From assembly GCA_009787405.1 (NCBI GenBank), contig WRGA01000120.1:1165-65164 (forward strand): a DNA stretch of 64,000 bases, written 5' to 3'. The translations under genes and the position numbers were made by a program. Position 1 is the first letter of the stretch, and each line of letters begins with the position of its first letter. The stretch comes from Candidatus Azobacteroides sp. Lineage in GTDB: Bacteria; Bacteroidota; Bacteroidia; Bacteroidales; WRGA01. Below the pieces are notes generated by a model. That model was not told where the DNA came from. It worked only from the letters and a program-made list of their open reading frames with translations, and did not search any database. Of the stretch, positions 9,966 to 17,697 are shown one piece after another.

Positions 9966-10289
9966 TCAATCAAAAAATTGCCCTGCAACATGATTATTTG
10001 TAATATAACGAATAAAATAAAGAGAATCGGTTTTTTGAAAGAAAATATACCACGTCGTTTGTTTATTATGATTGTATGTAATATAAAACAAATTGCTTCC
10101 ATATTTGGAAAAATGAACAGGAGCAGGTTTATGTGGTTTCGTTGTGATATTATTCTTGACATAATTCACCAAATCTTCGATATATTGAGCAGAATATTCA
10201 TAAAAAGAAAAATATCCTTTTTCTATCAGTATATCTATCAATTCATCAAGAAACAGTAAAACATCTCTATGATATTTTATTTCTGTCAT
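9966..10289 (-). CDS. Small protein, possible RelE/ParE-like toxin (hypothetical)
   Basis: 107 aa from ATG 10289 (MTEIKYHRDVLLFLDELIDIL...). Overlaps the upstream 75-aa ORF by 23 nt. Size and arrangement are typical of type II TA pairs; no catalytic motif was recognised. Confidence 0.35.
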   Translation of the reverse strand: MTEIKYHRDVLLFLDELIDILIEKGYFSFYEYSAQYIEDLVNYVKNNITTKPHKPAPVHFSKYGSNLFYITYNHNKQTTWYIFFQKTDSLYFIRYITNNHVAGQFFD

Positions 10290-10494
10290 CAAATTTATTT
10301 CGCAACATAATTTTTGTTTCTGATAAAAATTCATCAGAAGTTAAACCGTTTTCCCAACCGTCGGGATACTGCAAAATTCCCAATTGTTGCAACAAAGGAT
10401 TCAAAAGTTGCGCATGCCGCATCATATCTATACGGATATAACGGTTGTTACCCTTTGCATCTTTTTCAAACGTAATACCTTTTACTGTCTTCAT
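10267..10494 (-). CDS. Small protein, possible antitoxin partner (hypothetical)
   Basis: 75-aa ORF (MKTVKGITFEKDAKGNNRYIRIDMMRHAQLL...) immediately upstream of and overlapping the 107-aa ORF. Confidence 0.35.
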   Translation of the reverse strand: MKTVKGITFEKDAKGNNRYIRIDMMRHAQLLNPLLQQLGILQYPDGWENGLTSDEFLSETKIMLRNKFDDRNKIS

Positions 10495-10654
10495 TTTTTA
10501 TCATTGTTAATGTTACAAATATAATATGATTTTTCCCCATCGCAAAATAAAATTCAGAAAACAATGACTAAACCCGATTTTTCCCCACAACGTCCCTGCC
10601 ACGACGGAGGCATAGCTTTTAATCACGCTTGCACGTTGTTTTATCAGGGAATAA

Positions 10655-10697
10655 ATGAAAAAAAACAGCTGCCCCTCGTTAGGAAACAAAGGGCAGC
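10655..10697 (-). terminator. Intrinsic terminator (minus strand)
   Basis: gctgccc (10668-10674) / gggcagc (10691-10697) stem. On the minus strand it is followed by a T-run (complement of atgaaaaaaaaca). Confidence 0.55.
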
Positions 10698-10741
10698 GAG
10701 GATATACAAAATTTTATCGGGACTATGTTTTATTCATCATT

Positions 10742-10906
10742 TTACCTGCTAAGAGGCGGATTTTTGATACCTCTGACCCCATTTTCATTATAATAAATTT
10801 CCTCTCCGTTAGAAGAAGTCGATGTACTTGCTGTTCCCGCAGGGATTTGAGCATAAGCATAACATCTTCCTGATATAAACAGGATTACTAACAAAATCTT
10901 TTTCAT
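10742..10906 (-). CDS. Small exported peptide (54 aa), hypothetical
   Basis: Below the ORF-track size cut-off. MKKILLVILFISGRCYAYAQ signal-like N-terminus. Its own terminator lies 45 nt downstream. Confidence 0.35.
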   Translation of the reverse strand: MKKILLVILFISGRCYAYAQIPAGTASTSTSSNGEEIYYNENGVRGIKNPPLSR

Positions 10907-10922
10907 AATCAAATAATTTTAA

Positions 10923-11264
10923 ATGATCATCGGATGTTATACCCGGTTATTCCTACAACCGGAATGTAAAAAATGTGTTAATGTTTCAAAAAATATTCGT
11001 TCTTTTCTGTCCCGTCAGGGACATTATATTGGTAGAAAAACATCACCTCTTCACTCCCCACCCCGTTAAGGACAAAATATTTTCTTCTTCACATTACGTC
11101 CCTGACGGGACTTTGGCCAACGAAGGAATTCTCCTTCCTACCAATATATTGTCCCTGACGGGACGGAAAACAACATTTTCCGGAACGGATTTTTCAAAAA
11201 AAACGAATATTACATTTTTACACCCCACTTGTGGGATAAGGTAGGTGCAACATTCGATAATCAT
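10923..11264. repeat. Foldback MITE-like element, family 1, copy B (long form)
   Basis: Same termini (atgatcatcggatgttatacccgg ... cattcgataatcat) and internal palindromes as copies A and C. Confidence 0.85.
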
Positions 11265-11291
11265 TTAATTTTATTAAATACAAATTAAAAA

Positions 11292-11470
11292 TTAGTTTAA
11301 ATTAAAATGCAAAAAATTAAATTTCAAATTCATCCCCACATTTGCGAGGCATCTGTTAGTTGCATAAAAGAGCTGTTCTTTACACTGATAATCTTCGGGA
11401 TCAAGCCATTCCTTTTTCAATTTGCGCCAAAGAGTTTCAACCATATTCATGTGAGGACTATAACTATAAG
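11292..11470 (-). pseudogene. IS630/Tc1-mariner-family transposase, C-terminal remnant only
   Basis: YSPHMNMVETLWRKLKKEW matches the region around the last catalytic acidic residue (YSPELNPIE..W..LK) of DDE_3 transposases. Only about 55 aa remain. Confidence 0.6.
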
Positions 11471-11509
11471 GAAAAAGAAAGAAAAGGAACAATGCCCATT
11501 AATCATTCG

Positions 11510-11650
11510 AAAGCAAAAATACTACTTTTATTATAAAAATAATCGAAATACGCAAATTTTTTGGGAGAAAAAACAAATTTTAATCAGATTATGTTCTGTA
11601 CTCCCTGAAAATAGTGTAATTTTACGTTTTAGAATTTTTAACATGCCCCA
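11510..11650. repeat. Dispersed about 150-bp repeat, family 4, copy 1
   Basis: taatcattcgaaagcaaaaatact...aataatcgaaatacgcaaattttttgggagaaaaaacaaatttta...ttttacgttttagaatttttaa is closely similar to 52449-52608. Confidence 0.8.
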
Positions 11651-11840
11651 TGCTCACGCCAATTCTGATAAATCGGAATTCACTCGAGCTTGCGGAACCT
11701 TCATGACTTTTAACTCTTAATTGTTTTACCCACGTCCCATAACTCTTAACTCTTAATTCTTAACTCTTAACTTTTCATTTTTAACTTTCTTTCGTAAAAT
11801 AAAAAAATCCTTCAATGTTATGAATATGAATTGAATATGC

Positions 11841-11848
11841 TATCTTTG
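11841..11848 (+). promoter_or_regulatory. Bacteroidetes -7 promoter box (TAnnTTTG)
   Basis: tatctttg, 46 nt upstream of ATG 11894. Confidence 0.4.
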
Positions 11849-11893
11849 GCACGCATTGTCTCTCTATATTAATAACATAAATCTATAATCATT

Positions 11894-12994
11894 ATGAAAG
11901 CTAAAATTCGTGTTTACGGTAAATCCCAGAGCCGCACGGCGTTAGGTATTATCAATGCTTATTTGAAATTGCATCCTGATTCTACCTTATCGGATCTACA
12001 GCAGGCTTTTCCTCAATCTCTCAATCCCAAAGGTTTTACAGACAACATTATTGTACCCAAGGAAGAGGCCCAAAAGGAAGGAAACGAGAAATTGTTTTTT
12101 GAAAGAGAAGATGAGTTAGTCGTTCTGAAAAACGGGGAAAAACTTGCTTTGGTGGAACATTGGAACAAAGATGAATTTGACGCAATTTGTGAACATGCCA
12201 AACAATACGGCATCGATGTCGCCGAAGTTGAAGAAACCAAACCGTTTGAAAAGGGAAGCTATGAACTGGAATATCTCGATAAATCTGTTCCTTTGGAGCC
12301 ATCTCCGGACACCGGCGGCAAGAAATGCAAATGTCGGTGGTGGTGGCTTCTTCTGCTGTTGTTACTGCTGCTGATTATCCTGTTCTGTTGGAAAAAATGT
12401 TGCTCCGGCCCGGCGGTGAATCCGAATGCCGCTCTTACAACCGATACCATCAAGGCGCCTGTTTCGAACGCAACCGTTGTCGACAGCATTAACGGAACAC
12501 CGGTTTCTCCGTCTGATAACATAGGGGATACTATTACCCTCAAACTGCCCGACGGAAAAGAATGGAAAATATGGCCAAACGGTTCTGAATATCAGTTATA
12601 TACGTTCCTTAATTCTGATGCGAAAGTCGATACCCTCGATAAAACCCAAGGATGGATCACGCTGGACAAGTTATATTTCCAACCCGGTAAATCAAAGTTG
12701 ACTCCCGAATCGGAAAATCAGTTGAAAAATATTGCCGGGATCTTGAATCTTTTCCCTGATTCTCACATTAAAATAGGCGGATATACCGATAATACCGGTA
12801 CTGAAAGCGTCAACATGAAAGTCTCTACGGAAAGAGCAAGAGTGACGGCCGAAAAACTGATAGCTTCAGGCGTCGGTAAAAATCGCGTGACCTACGAAGG
12901 ATACGGACAGCAACACCCTGTTTGTCCCGAAAACAATACTGATTCTTGCCGCACGCTGAATCGTCGGATAGATGTCAGAATAACTCAAAAATAA
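11894..12994 (+). CDS. OmpA-family protein with a cytoplasmic N-domain, one TM and a C-terminal OmpA/MotB peptidoglycan-binding domain
   Basis: TM WWWLLLLLLLLLIILFCW. C-terminus GYTDNTGTESVNMKVSTERA...NRRIDVRI is typical of OmpA_C. Confidence 0.8.
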   Translation: MKAKIRVYGKSQSRTALGIINAYLKLHPDSTLSDLQQAFPQSLNPKGFTDNIIVPKEEAQKEGNEKLFFEREDELVVLKNGEKLALVEHWNKDEFDAICEHAKQYGIDVAEVEETKPFEKGSYELEYLDKSVPLEPSPDTGGKKCKCRWWWLLLLLLLLLIILFCWKKCCSGPAVNPNAALTTDTIKAPVSNATVVDSINGTPVSPSDNIGDTITLKLPDGKEWKIWPNGSEYQLYTFLNSDAKVDTLDKTQGWITLDKLYFQPGKSKLTPESENQLKNIAGILNLFPDSHIKIGGYTDNTGTESVNMKVSTERARVTAEKLIASGVGKNRVTYEGYGQQHPVCPENNTDSCRTLNRRIDVRITQK

Positions 12995-13041
12995 CCGGAT
13001 TTTAATGTTATGATCGAGCGAGTCATAACATTAAAATTCGG
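12995..13041. terminator. Bidirectional terminator hairpin between convergent genes
   Basis: 19-bp stem ccggattttaatgttatga / tcataacattaaaattcgg (1 mismatch). The right arm overlaps the asnS stop codon. Confidence 0.65.
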
Positions 13042-14428
13042 CATTTCCCGGAGTGCGCGGGAACGGAATGACATCCCTGATATTGGACATTCCGGTGACA
13101 AATAACAACAATCGTTCGAATCCGAGCCCGAATCCGGCATGTGGGGCCGTTCCGAAACGGCGGGTATCCAGGTACCACCACATGTCTTTGTCGGGGATGT
13201 TCATCTCTTTGATGCGTCGGGCTAATTTTTCGTAACACTCTTCCCGTTGCGAACCGCCGATGATTTCTCCGATTTTCGGGAAAAGTACGTCCATGGCACG
13301 AACGGTTTTTTGGTCATCATTCAATTTCATGTAAAAGGCTTTGATGTCTTTCGGATAATCCGTCAGTATCACCGGTTTTTTGAAATGTTGTTCCACCAGA
13401 TAACGTTCGTGTTCCGATTGAAGATCCGCACCCCAAAAAACAGGAAACTCGAATTTTTGTCCCGATTCTTCCAGAATTTTGATGCCTTCAGTGTACGTCA
13501 ACCGTACAAAATCATTGTTCACGATGAATTGCAACCGTTCGATTAATTCTTTGTCGAACATCTCGCACAAGAATTTCAAATCGTCCGTACAATGATTCAA
13601 CGCATAACGAACCAGATATTTCAGGAAATCTTCCGCCAAATCCATGTTGTCGTGAATATCGAAAAATGCGACTTCCGGTTCGATCATCCAAAATTCAGAC
13701 AGGTGGCGGGGCGTGTTCGAATTTTCGGCCCTGAACGTCGGCCCGAAAGTATAAATCGCGCCCAAAGCCATGGCTCCGAGTTCTCCTTCCAATTGTCCCG
13801 AAACGGTAAGGCTTGTCGATTTTCCGAAAAAATCTTGAGTATAATCGATTTCCCCTTCGGCATTTTTCGGGCAGTTATCCAACGGCAAAGTGGTTACCTG
13901 AAACATCGCGCCGGCGCCTTCACAATCGGAAGCCGTGATAATCGGCGTATGCAAATAATAATAGCCGTGATCGTTGAAGTATTTGTGAATGGCGTATGCC
14001 ATGTGATGACGAATACGCAATACGGCTCCGAACGTATTGGTGCGGGGACGCAAATGCGCGATTTCACGCAAAAACTCCAACGAATGTCCTTTCTTTTGCA
14101 ACGGATAAACAGCAGGATCGGCCGTTCCGAAAATTTCGATTTCTTCCGCACGGATTTCGGCGGCCTGTTCTTTTCCCTGCGATTCGACCAATTTCCCGTT
14201 GACACTGATACAGGCTCCGGTGGTGATCGGTTTCAGAAATTCTTCGCCGAACTTTTCGACATCAACGACTATTTGAATATTATTTATGGTAGAACCGTCA
14301 TTTAATGCGATAAAATTGACTTGTTTGCTGCCTCTCCGGGTTCGCACCCATCCTTTCACATTGATTGTTGCTTCGAAAGCGTTCGATTTCAACGCTTCCG
14401 TAATTTTAGTTCTACGAATTTGTTCCAT
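13031..14428 (-). CDS. asnS: Asparagine--tRNA ligase
   Basis: Class IIb aaRS motifs including [21 protein letters not shown]. The N-terminus MEQIRRTKI... (ATG 14428) fits the family better than the track start 14452. Confidence 0.92.
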   Translation of the reverse strand: MEQIRRTKITEALKSNAFEATINVKGWVRTRRGSKQVNFIALNDGSTINNIQIVVDVEKFGEEFLKPITTGACISVNGKLVESQGKEQAAEIRAEEIEIFGTADPAVYPLQKKGHSLEFLREIAHLRPRTNTFGAVLRIRHHMAYAIHKYFNDHGYYYLHTPIITASDCEGAGAMFQVTTLPLDNCPKNAEGEIDYTQDFFGKSTSLTVSGQLEGELGAMALGAIYTFGPTFRAENSNTPRHLSEFWMIEPEVAFFDIHDNMDLAEDFLKYLVRYALNHCTDDLKFLCEMFDKELIERLQFIVNNDFVRLTYTEGIKILEESGQKFEFPVFWGADLQSEHERYLVEQHFKKPVILTDYPKDIKAFYMKLNDDQKTVRAMDVLFPKIGEIIGGSQREECYEKLARRIKEMNIPDKDMWWYLDTRRFGTAPHAGFGLGFERLLLFVTGMSNIRDVIPFPRTPGNAEF

Positions 14429-14531
14429 TGTTTTTAAAGTTACGAGATACAAGTTACGAGTTACAAGACCGGCTGTTTTTAATCCTCCTGATTTTCCGAC
14501 CTTGTAACTCGTATACCCGTATCTATTTTAT

Positions 14532-15998
14532 TTATTCAAATGCTCCCATTTTAAGCATATCTACCTCTCTTTGAGATAAATAACGCCATTTTCCGCGAGG
14601 CAGGTTTTTCTTGGTCAATCCGGCAAAATACACACGATCCAACTTTATCACCTTATAATCCAACTGATCGAAAATACGACGTACAATCCTGTTTTTACCG
14701 ATATGCAGTTCAATGCCCACTTCCCTTTTATCTTCCTCTTTTGCATAACTGATGGCATCGGCATGTACTTTTTCGTCGTCCAAATCGATACCGTCGGCTA
14801 TTTGCTGCATATCCGCTTTGGTAAGCGGTTTATCCAAAATCACATGATAAATTTTCTTTTTCACGAATTTCGGATGAGTCAATTTAGAAGCCAATTCCCC
14901 GTCATTTGTCAGCAACAACACCCCGGTCGTGTTTCTGTCCAAACGTCCGATCGGATAAATCCGTTCGTTGCAAGCGCCTTTCACCAGATCCATCACCGTC
15001 ATTCGTTCTTGAGGATCATCCGAAGTGGTCACACAGTTTTTGGGTTTATTCAACAATACATACGCCTTTTTTTCCAGTGTAACGAGTTGATTGTGAAACA
15101 TGATTTTGTCGTTGCGGAAAACCTTTTTCCCCAATTCCGTGACAACATCCCCGTTTACGCTTACCACACCTGCCTGAATGTATTCGTCGGCTTCGCGTCG
15201 GGAACAAACGCCGGCGTTCGCCAAATATTTATTCAAACGCAAAGGAACCGTCGGATCCGTAACCGTTTCGCGATATTCCAACTGTTTCTTTTGGCTGTAT
15301 TTTGCATTCGGATCAATTCTCTTCCGCCCTTGATTTCCTTGTCCTCCCGGTCTTCTTGCCGAAAAATTGTTCCCGGACGGAGAAAATTGCCCTCCTCGGT
15401 TGTTTCCTCCGGGAACGATACGTTCTCCTATGCGCGGGCGTTTCTTGCGTTCGCCGCCGGATTGAGAAAAAGACGATGAACGAGACTCTTGTCGTTCGCC
15501 GAATCTTGATCCGGATTGATATCCCGAACCGTCACGATCATAATTCGGGCGGTTCGGTCTTTGTCCGTAATTTCCGTCTCTGTTATAATCCCTGCCGGTG
15601 TTTCTGTTATAATTTCCGTCGTTGTTGTTCCTGTTGTTGTAGGAACGACCTCCTCCGAAAGAATTTCGTTCGTAATTTCCGCCTTCGTAATTCCGATTAT
15701 CGTTACGGTAGCCGGAATTATTATTCCATCCGCCGTCCCGATTATCTCGGTTGTCTCGGTTGTAGGGTCGTCTTTCATAAGAATTACCGGCATTATCCCG
15801 ATTGTAAGGACGATTCCCTTGATTGTAATTTCGACTGTCTCTGTTGAATGGTCTGCCGCCTTCACGGTTGTTGAAGTTGTTACTTCCGGTGTTGTTTTCA
15901 CGGTTAATTCTGTTTCCCGAATAATGATTTTCGGAACGATTTGCGTCTGAATATCCATCTTCGGACTTTCTACGCCTGTAGTTGTTTTCTTGCTCCAT
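14532..15998 (-). CDS. rluB: Pseudouridine synthase (RluB/RsuA family) with a long N/R/G/Y-rich N-terminal extension
   Basis: S4 domain (LNKYLANAGVCSRREAD) and catalytic GRLDRNTTGVLLLTNDG. The first about 235 aa are low complexity. Confidence 0.85.
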   Translation of the reverse strand: MEQENNYRRRKSEDGYSDANRSENHYSGNRINRENNTGSNNFNNREGGRPFNRDSRNYNQGNRPYNRDNAGNSYERRPYNRDNRDNRDGGWNNNSGYRNDNRNYEGGNYERNSFGGGRSYNNRNNNDGNYNRNTGRDYNRDGNYGQRPNRPNYDRDGSGYQSGSRFGERQESRSSSFSQSGGERKKRPRIGERIVPGGNNRGGQFSPSGNNFSARRPGGQGNQGRKRIDPNAKYSQKKQLEYRETVTDPTVPLRLNKYLANAGVCSRREADEYIQAGVVSVNGDVVTELGKKVFRNDKIMFHNQLVTLEKKAYVLLNKPKNCVTTSDDPQERMTVMDLVKGACNERIYPIGRLDRNTTGVLLLTNDGELASKLTHPKFVKKKIYHVILDKPLTKADMQQIADGIDLDDEKVHADAISYAKEEDKREVGIELHIGKNRIVRRIFDQLDYKVIKLDRVYFAGLTKKNLPRGKWRYLSQREVDMLKMGAFE

Positions 15999-16034
15999 TT
16001 TATTTGATTAATGTATTAAAAAAATTACCGGAAT

Positions 16035-17378
16035 TTATATTCCTGTATAATTATGTGGTGTAATTGATCGTAATTCATCTTTTACTTTTTCACTGACATT
16101 CAACCCGTCAATGAATGTCCGAATCGAATCGGCGGTAACCGCTTCATTGGTCCGTGTCAGATCCTTCAACGCTTCATACGGTTCGGGATATCCTTCCCGG
16201 CGGAGAATAGTTTGAATGCCTTCCGCCACGACACTCCAATTGGCTTCGAGATCTTTGTTCAGCGCTTTTTCGTTCAACAATAATTTATCCAATCCTTTTA
16301 ACGTACTTTGCAGGGAAATTATTGTGTGGGCAAACGGAACGCCGATATTCCGTAATACGGTTGAATCGGTCAAATCGCGTTGTAACCGTGAAACCGGTAA
16401 TTTAGCCGATAAATGGTCGAATATGGCATTGGCAAAGCCCAAATTTCCTTCGGAATTTTCGAAATCGATCGGATTCACTTTGTGAGGCATTGCCGAAGAA
16501 CCGACTTCACCCGGTTTAATCTTTTGTTTGAAATATTCCATGGAAATATACATCCAAAAATCACGGTTCATGTCAATCAAAATGGTATTAATCCGTTTCA
16601 TGCCGTCGAGCAATGCGGATAAATTATCGTAATTGGAAACTTGGGTCGTCAGCTGTTCCCGTTCCAGTCCGAATTTATCCATCACAAACTGATTGCCGAA
16701 TCTGTTCCAATTGATATCGGGATAAGCAAGCTTATGGGCATTGAAATTTCCCGTGGCGCCTCCGAATTTGGCTGAAATCGGCGTCGATTTTACGATTTGC
16801 AATTGTTGTTCCAAGCGGTTTACAAATACACCGATTTCCTTTCCCAAGCGGGTGGGAGAAGCGGGTTGTCCGTGAGTCCTCGCCAACATGGGAATGTTTT
16901 TCCATTCGTTCGCGTAATGATTCAATTGAACGATTACATTCTGAAGCATCGGAAAATAGGTATTTTGCAACGCTTCTTTTAATGAAAGGGGAATGGCTGT
17001 ATTATTGATATCTTGCGAAGTCAATCCGAAATGAATAAATTCTTTATAATCGCTTAACCCCAATTGATCGAATTTTTCCTTGATGAAATATTCGACCGCT
17101 TTCACATCATGATTGGTGGTATTTTCAATGTCCTTGATGTGTTGAGCGTCTTCCGGAGTGAATTTCAAGTACAAATCTTTCAGTTTGCCGAACAATGCCG
17201 GATTAATATCCCTCAATTGAACCAAGGGCAATTCACACAACGTAATAAAATATTCTGTTTCGACTCTTATCCGATACCTGATCAAGGCAAATTCCGAAAA
17301 ATAATCCGCTAATTCAGCGGTCTTATTCCTGTATCGTCCGTCGATCGGAGAAATTGCCGTCAATGTTGTTAAATCCAT
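16035..17378 (-). CDS. purB: Adenylosuccinate lyase
   Basis: Fumarate-lyase signature SSAMPHKVNP. N-terminus MDLTTLTAISPIDGRYR (ATG 17378; the track start 17405 is probably too long). Confidence 0.92.
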   Translation of the reverse strand: MDLTTLTAISPIDGRYRNKTAELADYFSEFALIRYRIRVETEYFITLCELPLVQLRDINPALFGKLKDLYLKFTPEDAQHIKDIENTTNHDVKAVEYFIKEKFDQLGLSDYKEFIHFGLTSQDINNTAIPLSLKEALQNTYFPMLQNVIVQLNHYANEWKNIPMLARTHGQPASPTRLGKEIGVFVNRLEQQLQIVKSTPISAKFGGATGNFNAHKLAYPDINWNRFGNQFVMDKFGLEREQLTTQVSNYDNLSALLDGMKRINTILIDMNRDFWMYISMEYFKQKIKPGEVGSSAMPHKVNPIDFENSEGNLGFANAIFDHLSAKLPVSRLQRDLTDSTVLRNIGVPFAHTIISLQSTLKGLDKLLLNEKALNKDLEANWSVVAEGIQTILRREGYPEPYEALKDLTRTNEAVTADSIRTFIDGLNVSEKVKDELRSITPHNYTGI

Positions 17379-17600
17379 AGTTTTTTCATATAATGAGGGG
17401 TGCAAAGGTAATATATAATTTACAAACGGACAATTTGTATTTACAATTTACGGAAAGTATTTCTTTTTTATTTTGAGTTTCCGGAAAAAAGCGCTTACTT
17501 TGCGCAAATTTTAAACATTACTTCACAGTCGAAAGAATGTACACCGGAAATATACATACGAAGTCGAATTTTACAGACCTCACCGGTTATTATTTTTATT

Positions 17601-17634
17601 AAAATGCGTTGGTTTTGACCGACGCATTTTTTTT
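17601..17634 (+). terminator. Canonical intrinsic terminator/attenuator hairpin in the purB-carB divergent spacer
   Basis: aaaatgcgttgg / ccgacgcatttt 12-bp stem (one G-U), loop ttttga, then an 8-T run, 64 nt before the carB ATG. Confidence 0.6.
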
Positions 17635-17697
17635 GTAAAACGGTGTCCCGGCAATATTATAAATCGTAAATCATAAATATCAGTAAGTAATAGCATT

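Noticed and set aside
11307-11720. 137-aa + ORF
   Set aside because: It runs antisense through the IS630 remnant and then through the dispersed 150-bp repeat. Its composition is AT-rich spacer-like.
13592-14305. 237-aa + strand ORF (and others, 13247..13546 and 13894..14205) inside asnS
   Set aside because: These are antisense or alternate-frame shadows of a gene with unambiguous aaRS motifs.
14703-15958. ORFs 14703..15479 (+), 15302..15847 (+), 15428..15958 (-) and 15516..15950 (+)
   Set aside because: They overlap the rluB-like gene. The open frames result from stop-poor low-complexity codons (AAT/CGN/GGN repeats), and their translations are homopolymeric nonsense (runs of I/V/T).
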